Assembly (NCBI RefSeq): GCF_001194135.2 | Contig: NC_068982.1 | Location: forward strand, 6,508,710 to 6,572,450 | DNA from: Octopus bimaculoides | Taxonomy: Eukaryota | Direction: 5' to 3' | DNA: 63,741 bases | Part shown: in pieces, positions 36,311 to 49,084 of the stretch | Layout of the letters: every line of letters begins with the position of its first letter | How positions within the stretch are numbered: the first letter of the stretch is position 1 | The notes under the pieces: generated by a model | What the model saw: the letters and a program-made list of their open reading frames with translations, nothing else | What the model was told of the DNA's origin: nothing | Database searches by the model: none | Program-made: the position numbers and the translations under genes

Positions 36311-37966
36311 TGTACTCCCTAAAATTTAATCTCTGATATTTTTGATTGGGGACAATGGAATAAGTCATTTATAGTATCTTTTTTTTTATTATTACTGTTA
36401 CAATCTACCTCTGTTTGCTATCTTTTTCTGTATTGGTGTATATTTATGATTCTTAAGACTTAGGAAGTTCATTATGAAACATAATTAGTTTTAAAGCAAA
36501 TTAGCAATAGAAATCTACTGGAAATAAATTTATGATTCATTTCTATATGAACTTTAATATAAGTACTCACCTTCTGTATACCAAAAGGAAAGACGTTAGA
36601 TAAATTTTAGTTACCTGCCAAACTAAATGATAGAAATTCTAAAATTGTCTTTGTAAAGTTTATTCAATATTGTGCACAAGAAACATTATCTAATCAATAA
36701 TGTATTCTTTTACAGTATTTTCTTTTGTATTTCTATTTTCTTTTTTTCTTTTTTCACAAAACAATGACATAAAAAATAAAATTGCAATGAGAAAGCTTTG
36801 ATTTCTTTGCAGAATAGAAAGTCATATGGACGTTTCTTGTATACGTTTCTGAATCTTGTATCCAGGCCAAATATTTTCTTTTATGTATGCCACTTCTAAT
36901 TCTAGAATGGAACATTTTTCTCTGTCATCAACATCCAAAATCGTGTGCAGATTTTGATTTCTCTGCTGATAGTATTCTATGTGCCAAAGATTAATTCTGA
37001 TCAGACATGCTTTGAGAAGGCTTGATATAACAATGACTATTCTTATGAATCATGGAAATTGAGCTCCAGGAGGAGCCTTGCAAGACACATTCGTTTCTCA
37101 ACGTAGATGCCATGCTGGATTTAATGAAACTGCTGAACCTGCCATGGGTAAGATCCAATGGTGAAAGCAGATTGTTTTGTGTTAGATGCATTACCTCATT
37201 TTATGTTGTGAGTTATTTCATGTGGAAACAGAATAAGATATGAAATGATGATGCTGAAGAGGAGAAAAAGAAATGGTGATAACAAGAAGAAGACAGTTAT
37301 CTTTAATTTAGAAACCAATAATTCATTTATTCCTTGCACTCTGTTCTAAGATATTTTGACATCACCCTCTTCCTTTTCATCCTATTTTCAATTATTCGCC
37401 ATATTCACCCTTCCCATTCTTGTTATTTCTCCTTAGATAAGAAGTCTGATCTTCCATGTGTAAAACTGCATTCATTGGTCTAGTACTCTTTCAGCTAATA
37501 TTAACACTTTTTACTCCAAGTGTGTTATTAGAGCATTTGAACGGCAAAGAAAATAATCCTCGTACAAATTATGCAATTAATATTAAATGGAAAGCAATAC
37601 TCGTATGTGTGCATGTCTGAAGAGAGTGATTGCTGTCTGTTGTTAATTTCCTGTTGTATTCTGGTGTTTATTTTGCTTTGTTTGTCACTTGCTGTGTCAT
37701 GCTGACTCTGCCTGAGAATTCATATAAAGGTAGAAGTTTCTGTGTCAGAATACTAAACCAATTATATGTTCATTCAATGAGCAGGTGATACAGCTGATCA
37801 AACAATGCAGCTGAAAAATCAGGGTCAGAGATTCTTAACTGGCCAAAACTTTGAAGTCACTGTCAACAGTATTCTTGTTTAAGAATAATAAATTTGTGCT
37901 CTACACAAATATATAATGCCTCAGATTAATGTAAAATTGTTTTTATAATTAAACATAATAACAAAT

Positions 37967-38352
37967 ATAGGCGCAGGAATGGCTGTGTGGTAAGTAGCGT
38001 GCTTACCAACCACATGGTTCTGGTTTCAGTCCCACTGTGTGGCACCTTGGGCAAGTGTCATCTACTATAGCTTAGGGCTGACTAAAGCCTTGTGAGTGGA
38101 TTTGGTAGACGGAAACTGAAAGAAGCCCGTCATATACATATAAATGTATGTGTATGTTTGTGTTTGTCCCCTGCTAACATCGCTTGACAACTGATGCTGG
38201 TGTGTTTATGTCCCCCGTCACTTAGCAGTTTGGCAAGAGAGACCGATAGAATAAGTACTAGGCTTACAAAGAAGAAGTCCTGGAGTTGATTTGCTCGACT
38301 AAAGGCGATGCTCCAGCATGACTGCAGTCAAATGACTGAAACGAATAAAAGA
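37967..38352 (+). mobile_element. SINE family A, full length
   Basis: family A pattern. Confidence 0.92.
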
Positions 38353-39864
38353 ATATATATATATATATATATATATATTGTTATAATGGGACTCCTTGTC
38401 CACCTGTATGTTGTGAGCTCTGTCATATTCTTGTCACCACTATTATGTTGTGGCAGTATTCCACGTCTTATTATCTTTGGTGGAGGGAGAGAAATCTTCG
38501 AACTGGTCTTACCAGGCCAGACAGGTGGAAGAGTAGGTGACAGACAAAACCTTGACAATAAATCGAAGCGTCGACAGCAGGGTGTAGATTTAGTTATCAT
38601 CAGGACCTAACAGATCAGATTCCTGGCTTTGAACTAGCAGGATGTCATGAAGAGGATCTTGAATACAAGATAATGGATGAGACTCTAATATTCCTTGTTA
38701 GATGGAAACTGCAGGACCACATGGAGCAGTGCCCTGTGACTCCTATAGTATGCGCAACCGAAACCCTTTGGAAAGGGCGTCCTATGGGACAACCTAGATG
38801 AGACGATGTAGCACTTCTGAATCCAGCCTTGCCCTCTGCCACATTCACAAGAAGATCTTTGTGCTGCAGTCACTCCTCTGGCCGCTGGGCTGCCTTCCAC
38901 TTACCCTCAGCTATTACACACACACATGCACACACACAGACACTCACATGCACGCACACAGACACATGCATGCACGCGCACACACACATGAACACACACA
39001 CACACTGAGGATGATGATGGTAATTTCTGGATGTATTCATGTATTTTTCTCAGGATTTGATCTCACATCAGAACTAATTCTATCGAGATTTAGAGAAGTA
39101 TTTCAAATAAAAATACATTACACATTAAATTGATGTAAAGCAATGCACCAGAATATACTATCTTCATATCTACCTGAATGGTTGCTTTTTCATCAATATA
39201 TTTTGAAACTTCTTTTATTCTTATCACACATATTACAATCAATTGTGTCTATATTCTACCGAGGAAATTTTATGCCTTCAATAATTCAACTAGTCTTTCA
39301 AGTCTTTCACAGAACCAAGATAAATATATTATGTCACTCTCCATTCACTTATTAACCATAATTTCATTATTTGTTGTTATTTGCATTATAATATATGACT
39401 CTTCTTATTAATAACTTTTTTCATAAATCAGTGACAAAGCTTGTTAAAATGCATGGCTAAATCAGAAATCTTGAAATGCTGTGACAATGACTGGTGGCTG
39501 CACTGAAAGCAGAATGAGCTACTATCATCTAAACAGTCTGAATTTCATAAAACAGAACAATCTACATCCATCAACACCATTACTATAATCAATGCTGTTG
39601 TTATTATTGATGGCAGCAATAATCTTTAACAGTGATATTAATCTTTGACAGTAAATATTAGTTTGTTTATCCTAAGCTTCTATAAATTAGATGAATCTAT
39701 AAAAAATTCCAATACACCATTACATTATATTTCCTCTATGAGTAGTGATTCCCTATCAGATTCATCCCCACACTACTAAAGATCAAATTTACTTCACACT
39801 GTAGTCCATGTTTAATAATTCCAGAGTTACCTCCCCTGTTTCTTCTAATCAGAATTAGTCATTT

Positions 39865-40166
39865 AGTGAGTTGTTCGCATCTGCCAGTGCCGCCGAACTG
39901 GCTCCTGTGCAGGTGACACATAAAAAGCACCATTTTGAGCGTGGCCGTTGCCAGTACAGCCTGACTGGCCCCTGTGCCAGTGGCACGTAAAAGCACCCAC
40001 TACACTCTCGGAGTGGTTGGCGTTAGGAAGGGCATCCAGCTGTAGAAACTCTGCCAAATCAGATTGGAGCCTGGTGTAGCCATCTGGTTTCACCAGACCT
40101 CAGTCAAATCGTCCAACCCATGCTAGCATGGAAAGCGGACGTTAAACGACGTTGATGATGATGATG
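39865..40166 (+). mobile_element. Family C with 2 internal units
   Basis: well-preserved core and tail. Confidence 0.9.
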
Positions 40167-40216
40167 AATAAAAGCAGAATTTTAATCAACTAAAATGCCT
40201 TAGCTTGATACATTAA

Positions 40217-40437
40217 CCCTTTCGTTACCAACCTGTCTGAAACCGCCTCTGGCTCTGTAGTACAAATTTCTTGTTTTCAAAAGTTTTGAATTAAAATCTG
40301 CCACCAAACCTTACTCACAATTTATGTTCCTAACACTAGCTTAATAATAACAAAGTTATTTTACTAAATTCTTTGTTATATTCAAAGTAATTGAAAGGAA
40401 CAGAGAGCATCTTAACAGAAATATGTTAACGAAAGGG
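40217..40437. mobile_element. TTAA MITE family 1 (piggyBac-like), intact
   Basis: TTAA-CCCTTTCGTTA ... TAACGAAAGGG-TTAA; 11-bp TIR and TTAA TSD. Confidence 0.9.
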
Positions 40438-40821
40438 TTAAGTATATTGGCACTCATTTTTACTATTAAGTTTTCATTTCATTAGCACCCCAAGGTGTTT
40501 CCCTGTCATTTTACAAAACTCCAAGTTTTCTTTTCCCAGCTAATTTATTAATTACTTTACCCCAACACCCATCCATTCTAATCACATGAGGGTTTTATTA
40601 TACTTAAAAGAACCAGTGTAAATAGTGATTATTTAATGAAGACAATTGAAAAGACATCACTTTAAAAATGAGATTATTTGATTTACTCTCGCCAATGCAA
40701 GTCATTAATATTCAATTATCAAACTAAAAAGATATTTTATACTTCACAATTTATTATCCTCATCTAATTGCCTTATTATTATTATTACTATTATTATTAT
40801 TATTATCATTATTATTATTAT

Positions 40822-41035
40822 TGACTGAGAGAGCAGTGCATGCTATCAAAATGACGCTGGGGTACAAATATGCAAAGTCCAGTATATCCATCATGACTAC
40901 CCTTCTGGTACATGCATGACAACCATATGTGTGTGACATGGTGATCTCATATCAAGATAAACAGTGCATGACCTTGCAGGTGGGGCCCAATTAGAATTTT
41001 CTTCAGGTCAAATAGCCCATCCTGCTCAAATGGTT
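40822..41035 (-). mobile_element. Unclassified interspersed repeat with a (TAA)n tail
   Basis: abuts an (ATT)n tract; single copy here, recalled from memory as a common octopus repeat. Confidence 0.4.
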
Positions 41036-41257
41036 TGTTTAACAATTTTGAACAAAACACAAATGTTTCTAGGGGTGAATTATTCAAACCTCAAAGAATT
41101 CCTCTCAACACATGTCTATGATACTCCTCCACTAATTCTACTTGTGATCAGAGATGCACATATCATCAACCACCAAGGGACATGCTCAACTGGTTATGGT
41201 CAAACAACTGACAAGCAAATCTGTGGTATTGAGCAGAATATTATTAATATTATTATT

Positions 41258-41626
41258 GTCATTGCCTTTGCACAGCTTCTAACGCTCCAGATGTACTACG
41301 GTGCCAGCTGTTCACTACCAGTGAACTAAGGTAACACTTCTTATTTTTCGAGCACCTTCCAGAGTATTTAAGCAGTTCCAAGCAGTGCTGTTTTCTGCAA
41401 GTACTCCACCCTTATTGCAGCCCCTATTTGTTCCACATACTTCTCGAGATTTTTTCTCACTGTTCCCAGGGCTCCGACAATTATTGGTACTACTACCACC
41501 TTTTTCATCGACAACAACTGCTTAACTTCCCAAGCTAACCTGTCATATCTCTCGACTTTTCTTTCTTCCTTATCACATACCTTGTTGTCAGCTGGGCATG
41601 CTATATCTATGATCCAGCATAGTTTG

Positions 41627-41632
<6 letters not shown>
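41258..41632 (-). mobile_element. R4/Dong-clade non-LTR retrotransposon 3' fragment (restriction-like endonuclease domain)
   Basis: WIIDIACPAD..KVERYDRL..VVVPIIVGALGTV..LQKTALLGTA; same 3' UTR as 35931-36125; AAT/ATT tracts on both sides. Confidence 0.88.
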
Positions 41633-41683
<51 letters not shown>

Positions 41684-41692
41684 GTTATTAAC

Positions 41693-41897
41693 ATGCAGTG
41701 GGCTGGCACAAGTGTTAGCACACCTAGCAGTATTTTGTCTGTCTTTATGTTCTGAGTTCAAATTCCACCTAAGTCAACTTTGCCTTTCATCCTTTTGGGG
41801 CAGATGAATTAAGTACCAGTCGAGCAATGGGATCGAAGGAATCGATTAGTTCCATTCCCCAAAATTTAAGGCTCTGTACCTACAGCAGAAAGGATTA
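41693..41897 (+). mobile_element. SINE family B
   Basis: GTTCTGAGTTCAAATTCCAC..CTTTGCCTTTCATCC..AAGTACCAG, (ATT) tail. Confidence 0.8.
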
Positions 41898-42755
41898 TTA
41901 TATTAATGTGCAGAATGAAGAACCAAATAAAGGAAATATGATTTGCTTAGCATATAATTAAAATATATTGAAATTATTTTTATTTGTAATCTTAATAGCA
42001 ATTTCCGTTTGCTAAATAGCATATTACTTCCAGTATGCATTTCCCCAAGGCAGTTTGTGCTCACACTACAAAGTTATGGCTAACATTTGGCAAATCTTTC
42101 AATTCTCTTTTATAACCATGCTTTCTGGCTATTAAACATCTTCACCTGATATCAACAGCAGTGTAAAAGTTTCATTAAGATTTGACCATACTCAACATGG
42201 ATGAGATTTTTACTGTCTTTTGTTGACTAATTTCCCAAGTGATTTCACTGAAGCATGCAGGAAGATATTGCAGTAATTACATGGGCTGGTTGCTGGATCA
42301 ATCCCCCTTGGATGGTCGGAGGAAAGGGGGAAATGGTAAGGAATTCTGAAGATTTGTACAGCTTACTTGAAGGAGGCTGCAGAACTACTAACTCAAAGTA
42401 AAGCGGATAATGAATGGATTACTAAGATTAAAAGAATAATAAAGAAGTATTCTCCTATAATAATATATCTATTTGTAAGCTAGATTTTCCAGTTGAATCT
42501 CTTTTCTTTACAGAATCTATCCAATAGTATGGCTAGTATACTTGAAACTTTTTCACTGATACAAAACAGTTTTTAGAGATTATTCTAATTATACTAAAGC
42601 TAAAAATAATGTATGTTCATAATTTAACCATTTTCTCAATTCCTGGTAGGATTTTCCTATCAATCATATTCTTTTATATTGCATGTTTATTTGAATTGAA
42701 TACATTTAGACAGAAACTTTCTATATGTCATTTATTCAGGGTTTAAAAATAGTTT

Positions 42756-42756
<1 letters not shown>

Positions 42757-42831
<75 letters not shown>

Positions 42832-42852
42832 TATGTATATGTATATATGTAC

Positions 42853-42884
<32 letters not shown>

Positions 42885-42948
42885 GTATGTATATGCATAT
42901 ATATGTATATGTGTATATATTTATGTAGATATTATCTATATGTATACA

Positions 42949-42997
<49 letters not shown>

Positions 42998-43100
42998 ATA
43001 TAGAAGCATATGTGTTTATATATTTGTGTGTGTGTGTATTTGTGTATGCTTGTGAGTGTGTGTATGTCTGTCTGTGCATGTGTGTTCATGCGCTCTATAA
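42757..43100. repeat. Compound TA/TG microsatellite
   Basis: direct reading. Confidence 0.95.
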
Positions 43101-43337
43101 GCTAATCATTTGGGAATTTTTCAAGGCAAAAGATTGCAAAATAGCTTGAAATTGTGAATATAAAGTGGCTGTTTTCAGAACAAATATTATTTGCAATTTT
43201 CTAAATCTAGATCTATTTGAACATATTAGCTCCATAATTTGATAAAAATAATTATTAGGTCAATTTAGAATTAGGCATTGGGGAAAGATTCAGTTTGAAA
43301 TTCTGGTGGCTTAGTGAAAGATTTAAGAAAATGAACT

Positions 43338-43369
43338 ATCATCATCATCAACATCATCAACATCAACAC

Positions 43370-43457
<88 letters not shown>

Positions 43458-43720
43458 TAGTGTTTTAAATCCGGATTTTTCCCCCATTAACAGCGGGTGG
43501 CCAGATCTACCTCAGTACCATAGCAACTGAGGTAGGCAGGTGCAGCCCACCCCGACCTTTGGGTTGACTGGTGCCCATTCTCTTTTGCTATCAAGAGGCT
43601 TTTTTGGAACTGGATTTTCTACGGGGAGTATGCCCTTGCTTACCCCCAACTTCAATCTCTAGACATTAGTAGTCCTGAGACCAAGGTCTCTACCACGTTT
43701 TTTAAGAAATGTGGTGGAAA
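43338..43720 (-). mobile_element. Long (CAT)n tract with a divergent family C-like end
   Basis: (CAT)n at 43338-43456, TTTTAAATCCGGATTTTTCCC, GGATTTTCTACGGGGAGTATGCCCTTGCT; 10-bp hairpin at 43507-43535. Confidence 0.5.
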
Positions 43721-44624
43721 ACTAGCTCAGGAAGGCAGGGACGCTACTCCCTGGGACCCCTTTCAAAGCCCCACTACCAATAATACATTTCCATCTTCAG
43801 TCTCTAACTCCTTACAAACTTTGTAGACGAAAGATATGGCAACTTTTACAAATTCGAGATATTTCTAAATCGCTATGCTCAGCCTTTATAACCACAATAA
43901 CAGCATGCCTCTACATTTATGGAGTAAGCTGAGAGTCTGCCATTATTATTTTCTGAAACAAAGATTATACAGAGCTAGCAAAAAATGCAGCAATTACCCA
44001 AAAAAGGTATGTCCTCAAATACCTTACGTACACTGTATATGTGTATGGATCATCATCTTTGTTTTAACATCCGATTTTCCATGCCTGCATGGGTTGGATG
44101 GAATTTGCTAGGGCAGATTTCCTTGGGCTTTTTGCTCTTTCTGTTGAAAATACTCACCTATTCTAAAGGAAGTTAATATTTCCATGACCAGATATGTTCA
44201 AACGGAATGCTAGGAATGAATGACACTGTTTGTTTGACAATAACTCATGTTTACAATTGTCACATGACATCAAGATAAGGAAACATACACACGCATGCAT
44301 ACACACACGCATACATGTATATGTACACAATGTGCTTCTTTCACTTTCTTTTTATCAAATCCTCTTTTGTGGCTTTGGTCAGTTCAAGGCAATAGCAAAA
44401 GACACTTGCCTAAGCTGTATGCATGTGTGTACGTATGTGTGCATGTGTGCATGCATGTGTACATATATATGAATGTGTATATGTTTGATTGCACACGTGT
44501 GTGTGCATGCATGTGTATGTGTATACATTTGTGTGTACACTTGTGTGTGTGTGTGTTGTTGTACATGTGAATGTGTGTGTATGTGTGTAGCAGTGTGCAT
44601 AGCAGAGTGTGGTGGTGTGTGGCT

Positions 44625-44805
44625 TAGTGATTAGGCTATAGAAGTTATGATCTTCAGATTGTAGTTTCAATTCCTGGACCAGGCTTAAGAATAAACACTG
44701 GGGTGATTTGCTTAATTAAAACATTGAAGGCAGTGGCCCTAAAGGCTGCAGTCCAATGACTGAAACAAGTAAAAAGAATAATAAAAACTTAAAATAAAAG
44801 ATAAA
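44625..44805 (+). mobile_element. Short SINE: F-type head joined to an A-type tail
   Basis: GTGGCTTAGTGATTAGG..GTTTCAATTCC, then GCAGTCCAATGACTGAAACAAGTAAAAAG. Confidence 0.55.
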
Positions 44806-45539
44806 AAGCTTTTAATCATTGCTGTTTTAATGTAATATGAGGGAAATGAAGCTACTATGTCTAGCAGACCAACTTCCAACACAGAGGTTTCTTTGTTGTA
44901 TCATGACTCTACATGTATCCTGTTAATTTGCATTGCATATTGGTAACGCTAATTGCTTACCAGAATCATTCTACATCATAAAGGAAACAATACCTGGTAC
45001 ATGTACGCAAAATTAAATTTCTAATCTTCTAATTGTGTTAGCTCCAAAATAAATTAAAGATACTTTAATTGTAATCTGGTGGATTTTAATTTGAAATATA
45101 GTTCTATTAGTAATACTGTCTATATAATTGATTGCTGAGCTTCTTTAAAGGTCAGAATTCTGAGATTGGTATTTGAAAATGATAAGAACCAATGATTTTT
45201 GGGAATTGGAATTTATATGGATGACTAACTCATCCATTTGTAATTTAAGGAAATAACATTTGAAAAATTAACCTCTATTTTTGTCACTATAATACTTTAG
45301 AAACTAGGTTATGCCATACTAAATTAGGAAATAGAGAGATGGAAAATAAATCTGTTGATACCAAATAATGTGACATCATTTCTGGTTCTCTAAAAGAAAC
45401 TGGTCATTTTAAAGTGTTCATATTTAAGATGGAACCATCCATCATAGAAGTTTTCCTGTTATGTTCTAATAAACAGCGCAAAAGAATTATTTTACTAAAT
45501 CTTTTTAAATTCTAGATTTCCAAAACTGAAATATACAAT

Positions 45540-45812
45540 ATGTTCCCTGCCAGTGGCACACAAAAAGCACCATTTGAGCGTGTTCAATGCCAGTGCTGCC
45601 TGACTGGCTCCCATGCCAGTGGCACATAATAAGCACCATTCGAGCGTGGTTGATACCAGTGCTGCCTGACTCACCCCCGTACTGGTGGTGGCACATAAAA
45701 AGAAACACCCAGTAGACTCTCAGAGTGGTTGGTGTTAGGATCAGATTGGAAGATCAGATTGGAGCCTGGTGCAGCCATCTTTTTCACCTGTCCTCAGTCA
45801 AACCGTCCAACC
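45540..45812 (+). mobile_element. Family C with 3 internal units
   Basis: units and partial core. Confidence 0.8.
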
Positions 45813-45891
45813 TCATTGAAACCATATCTCTTTTTTTAATACTCAACTGTTTCCATGTTTCTTCCCAAAATTAGAAAATTAGTTAAACCAC

Positions 45892-46370
45892 ATCGTCATC
45901 ATCATCATCGTCGTCGTTTAACGTCCGCTTTCCATGCTGGCATGGGTTGGACAGTTTGACTGAAAGCTGGCAAACCAGGAGGCTGCATCAGGCTGGAATC
46001 AGATCTGGCAATTTCTACAGCTGGATGCCCTTCCTAATACCAACCACTCCACTCCAAGAGTGTAGTGGGTGCTTTTTATGTGCCACCGGCATCAGGGCCC
46101 GCCAGATGGTACTGAGATCGACCATGCTTAAATGGTGCTTTCTACATGCCACCAGCACGGGTACCAGTCAGGCAGCACTGGCAATGATCACACTCGAATG
46201 ATGCTTTTTACGTGCCACCGGTACAGGTGCCAATCAGGTGGGATTGTTATCAGCCATGACAACGACTTCACATGACTCAACAGGCCTCCACAAGCACAAC
46301 TTATTGCCCAATGATTGAAGGGTACTCTTAAATAGGCTGGTTATGCTGCACTGGCATAGGCCATGGTTAA
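45892..46370 (-). mobile_element. Family C
   Basis: tail, core, ~3 units and upstream UTR. Confidence 0.85.
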
Positions 46371-46467
46371 ACCTATTTGAAGATAATTTTTTCATAAAAA
46401 TCTACATTCTTTCTTTGTTTTTGTAGTGTATAAACTATACAATTGTTAGAAATTCAGCAAATTACTC

Positions 46468-46673
46468 ACAGTTCTATATTTAAGAGATGAGGAATTATGT
46501 ACATCATTTACATTTGACAGATATTTGTCCTCATCTTGTTTGTTGTTAATACAACATTTCGGCTGATACACCCTCCAGCCTTCATCAGGTGTCTTGGGGA
46601 AATTTCGAACCTGGGTTCTTATTCCTAAGGTATTTTTTGTTGTTACTATTATTATTATTATTCAGGTCACTGC
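46468..46673 (-). mobile_element. Family D with a truncated head
   Basis: complete 3' end, hammerhead at 46548-46593, AAT linker; stops at CAGGTCACTGC. Confidence 0.85.
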
Positions 46674-46758
46674 ATGGTGTAGGTGTATAACATGGTGTAG
46701 ATGTACCACATGGTGTAGATGTATCACATGGTGTAGGTGTATGACATGGTGTAGATGT
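46673..46758. repeat. 18-bp tandem repeat, ~4.8 copies (CATGGTGTAGRTGTAYNA)
   Basis: direct reading. Confidence 0.9.
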
Positions 46759-46759
46759 T

Positions 46760-47091
46760 TGTTGGTGCAAGATAGCTATGTAGGTTTCTATGTTCTTGAA
46801 ATTCTCTTGTTTCCGAAGGTGGAATTGATAAGACTCATAAGCCACATGCGCCTCACCAACGAAAAATTCTTCGAATTTGTTAATCACTTCAGATCGGTCA
46901 TTTTTCTGTTCTTCATTGTCAAATTGTAGTCCTTCATATATATCAAAACATTCTTTTCCAATAGTCACCAGAAATACAGAAGTTTGAAATCCAGTATCGA
47001 CTTCATTTGAGAGTCGACTGGCAATTGAGTAATTCAATAAGTTTCGTTTAAATCTTCTCCAATTGCTAGCCACATTTCCTGATAAAGACAT
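46760..47091 (-). pseudogene. Ty3/gypsy gag N-terminal fragment
   Basis: LSGNVASNWRRFKR..SVFLVTIGKECFDIYE..KFEEFFV..YQFHLRKQ..ETYI matches the gypsy gag pattern; truncated. Confidence 0.85.
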
Positions 47092-47211
47092 TCACTCTGG
47101 AGGCAGGACACTTGCAGAAAAAGGCCTTGCAGACATCTTTCAAATCAAAAGAAAAAAATTAATTTACAATTCTATGAAAAATTCTTTTTTTTTCTTTTCA
47201 AATCCTTTGGG

Positions 47212-47229
47212 ATCCCATTTCTGGCACCA
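47212..47229 (-). other. LTR retrotransposon primer-binding site (tRNA-Leu type)
   Basis: minus strand ..TACCACA|TGGTGCCAGAAATGGGAT, 16/18 to the recalled TGGTGTCAGAAGTGGGAT Leu PBS; ~120 bp upstream of gag, after a CA end. Confidence 0.8.
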
Positions 47230-47669
47230 TGTGGTATAATGAAGCTTGAGAATATTGGTTAATAAAGAGAAAGACAATTCAGCATGAGATAAGAATACAG
47301 AAAGGAGAGGAGAGATTAAATTTGGAATTCTCATTGTGATACATTTTGCACGGAAAGTTAAAGTAAGCTTAATGTAAAAAAACAAAGAAAAGATTTTTTT
47401 AATCAGAAAAATTATACAGAATTATAAAATTCGGAAAAACATATCTTTCAAGATCCACAAGTTTTAGAATATATTTTTAAGTTTTTAATTAATCTTTATA
47501 AACTATTAGCAAAGCATATACAGTAATGGCTTCTTACTGTTAGGGACCCGAATGTGTTCTTTTTAAACTAAAGAGTTCCCGTTATGGTAGGTGACTAATG
47601 AAAGGAAGATAATACTACAAGTAGATTGGATAGACAGGAACTGAAAAGGGGACAGAATATCTTATAGGT

Positions 47670-47765
47670 TTTGTTACAATTCACTACATTCTGAGTTCAG
47701 ATTTAACCAAGGTTAACTTTGCTTGGCATCCTTTCTGAGTTGATAAAATCAAGTACTCGTCCAGA
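47670..47765 (+). mobile_element. SINE family B fragment
   Basis: CATTCTGAGTTCAGATTT..CTTTGCTTGGCATCCTTTCTGAGTTGATAAAATCAAGTAC. Confidence 0.65.
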
Positions 47766-47770
47766 GTGGT

Positions 47771-47808
47771 GGGTTAGGGTTAGGGTTAGGGTTAGGGCTA
47801 GGGTTAGG
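47771..47808 (+). repeat. Interstitial (TTAGGG)n tract, ~6 units
   Basis: GGGTTAx4 GGGCTA GGGTTA GG. Confidence 0.9.
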
Positions 47809-48670
47809 TGAGATGTCTTTCACAATTTGTCCTCTCAGAAGTCTGAGTTCTTGGACGATAGACTTTAAATCATCTAGCTTTAAATCACCATCTGACTTCT
47901 TAGTGCTTTTTGCAGAGTTCATGCAGTCACACAAATTTGGGCCAAGTCTCTGGTCCTTTCTTTCCTCCCCTTAATCTCAGAAGGCACAAGATATAAAAGG
48001 GAGATGAGTGTTTCCCTTATCTGCCTGATTAAGTTATAGAAATAAAAGCACGAAAGAGCTTTTGATGGTGTGGGTGAGTCAGCTGACTTCCTTTATTAGC
48101 ATCATGCTGTCACAGTAATTGTAATAGTCAGTCGCAAATAGGTAAAGTTACATGAGAGATAGCTGCAAGTAAGAGACAGACAGTTCTGATCATTTACTGA
48201 TTATAGTTTGAATGAGAAATTGATACAGAAAATGGAATTGATAGAAAGGATGATAAGAAAAGCATATAAAACAAAAATCTGCTCAAGCAATAATACTGTT
48301 AATGTACAAAGACCTTAATGTCAAAGTGAGTTAGCTGAAGATTATATAACCTGTCTACCTAAATGTTCTCAGTGGTATCTAACTTACATTAAGTATTTCT
48401 TAATTGGACATGAAGTTTGAGGCATATAAAATCAGTCTATATAACTTAGTCAAATTTTAACATGAAATAGCATGAAAGTATGTTTCCTCACAGATGTTAT
48501 AAGTGTCCATTATAAGTCATTGGTATTCCTTCAAGAAGATAATTGGGATCAAAAGCACTTTCATGTTATGGTTCCATTTCCACTAATCCTTTCAACCATA
48601 TTTTGTGGACTTTATAAAAAGGAAAGCAATGTAATTTTTTATAATTTTCCTCTTTTAATAATTGATAAAC

Positions 48671-49084
48671 ATAGGCATAGGAGTGGCTGTGTGATAAATA
48701 GCTTGCTTACCAACCACATGGTTCTGGGTTCAGTCCCACTGCATGGCACCTTGGGCAAGTGTCTTCTACTATAGCCTCAGGCCAACCAAAGCCTTGTGAG
48801 TGGATTTGGTAGATGGAAACTGAAAGAAGCCTGTCGTATATATGTTTATATATGTGTGTGTGTGTATGTGTTTGTGTGTCTGTGTTTGTCCCCCCCCCCC
48901 AACATCACGACAACCGATGTTGGTGTGTTTACGTACCCATAACTTAGCGGTTCGGCAAAAGAGACCGATAGAATAAGTACTAGGCTTACAAAGAATAAGT
49001 CCTGGGGTTGATTTGCTCAACTGAAGGCGGTGCTCCAGCATGGCCACAGTCAAATGACTGAAACAATTAAAGAGTAAAAGAGTA
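48671..49084 (+). mobile_element. SINE family A, full length
   Basis: family A pattern. Confidence 0.92.

Noticed and set aside
42754-43456. YI/VC/HT/poly-Met ORFs here and at many other sites
   Set aside because: Microsatellite translations.
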